Shown here in pieces: positions 63,108 through 64,000 of a stretch of DNA of 64,000 nucleotides. This DNA comes from Centroscyllium fabricii (taxonomy: Eukaryota), in the NCBI GenBank assembly GCA_051313645.2, contig JBNRSN020000005.1, positions 325,314,001-325,378,000 of the forward strand, written 5' to 3'. Under the pieces are notes generated by a model, which was not told where the DNA came from, made no database searches, and worked only from the letters and a program-made list of their open reading frames with translations. A program made the position numbers and the translations under genes. The number at the start of each line of letters is the position of its first letter. The stretch's first letter is position 1.

Positions 63108-63556
63108 AAGACTTGCATTTATATAGCATCTTTCACAACCACCGGATGTCTCAAAGCACTTTACAGCCAATGAAGTACTTTTTGAAGTGTAGTCACTGTT
63201 GTAATGTGGGAAACACAGCAGCCAATTTGCACACAGCAAGGTCGCACAGCAATGTGATAATGACCAGATCATCAGTTTTTGTTATGTTGATTGAGGGATA
63301 AATATTGGCCAGGACACCGGGGATGAAGCCCCTGCTCTTCTTCAAAATAATGCCATGGGATCTTTTATATCCACTTGAGAGAGCAGACGAGACCTCGGTT
63401 TAACATTTCATCTGAAGGACGGCACCTCAGACAGTGCAGCACTCCCTCATAGTGTCAGCCTAACTGTTTTATGTGCTCAAGTCCCTGGAGTGGGACTTGA
63501 ACCCACAACCTTCTGACTCAGAGGAGAGTGTGCAACTTAACTGAGCTACGGCTGAC
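63108..63556 (-). mobile_element. Deu-domain SINE (SacSINE1/AmnSINE-like)
   Basis: tRNA-like head on the minus strand (GGTTCAAGTCC), central Deu-like block and L2-type tail. Confidence 0.75.
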
Positions 63557-64000
63557 ATTGGTAGCAAGACTTCCTTACATTTATAGTCGAACCCCCTTGC
63601 AATATAGGCTAATTGCCAGAGAATTCACTGCATCACACGATTCGAGCTTGAGGGGACTAGGTGGCCAATCCTTGTTGAATTCTAAAGTAACTATTCTAAT
63701 AACTACCTTTTTATACCTTTCTTTCACTCTAACTACATGAGAATCCACATGTTTCAAAGTATTTTACCTCACCCAATTGGGTGGACTTCAGTTTTAACAA
63801 GAATAACATCAAGCCTTCACCTTGACTGAGCTTTCAATCACGTCATTCAACTGGAGACAGCTACAGGGGTCCAAGGCTTGTCTACAGATGTTATCACCTG
63901 CCTTGCGCAGATATGTTCTTGGAGGAATTCATCCCATGGAGGACAACTGGGAGATCTATGAGGTTGGGCCAAAGAAAGCTTGTAGCTGAATGCTGACCAG

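Overview
This is a vertebrate nuclear window, very probably from a shark or ray, judging by HE1-type V-SINEs, Deu-type SINEs and abundant CR1 LINEs. It lies inside a large minus-strand SORCS-family (Vps10p-domain receptor) gene. I could identify only one host exon, 159 bp at 51351-51509, which resembles SORCS1/SORCS3. The rest is intronic and densely packed with nested transposons. These include two full-length, decayed Gypsy LTR retrotransposons (a CsRn1-like element with a tRNA-Trp PBS and a Mag-like element) and three solo LTRs. There is also a decayed two-gene PIF/Harbinger element (spliced Myb/SANT gene plus DDE transposase) with about 12 related GGG...CCC non-autonomous elements. Other repeats are pogo/Tigger-like MITEs loaded with YY1/NRF1-type motifs, CR1, Rex1 and Vingi-like LINE pieces, three SINE families and minisatellites. 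The most notable signal is a set of Penelope-derived, often fold-back mini-insertions, most with 12-15 bp TSDs, that carry minimal type I hammerhead ribozyme motifs; one core is intact. Family names come from recalled motifs, not database searches. Coordinates were read by hand, and the ends of degenerate elements are approximate.
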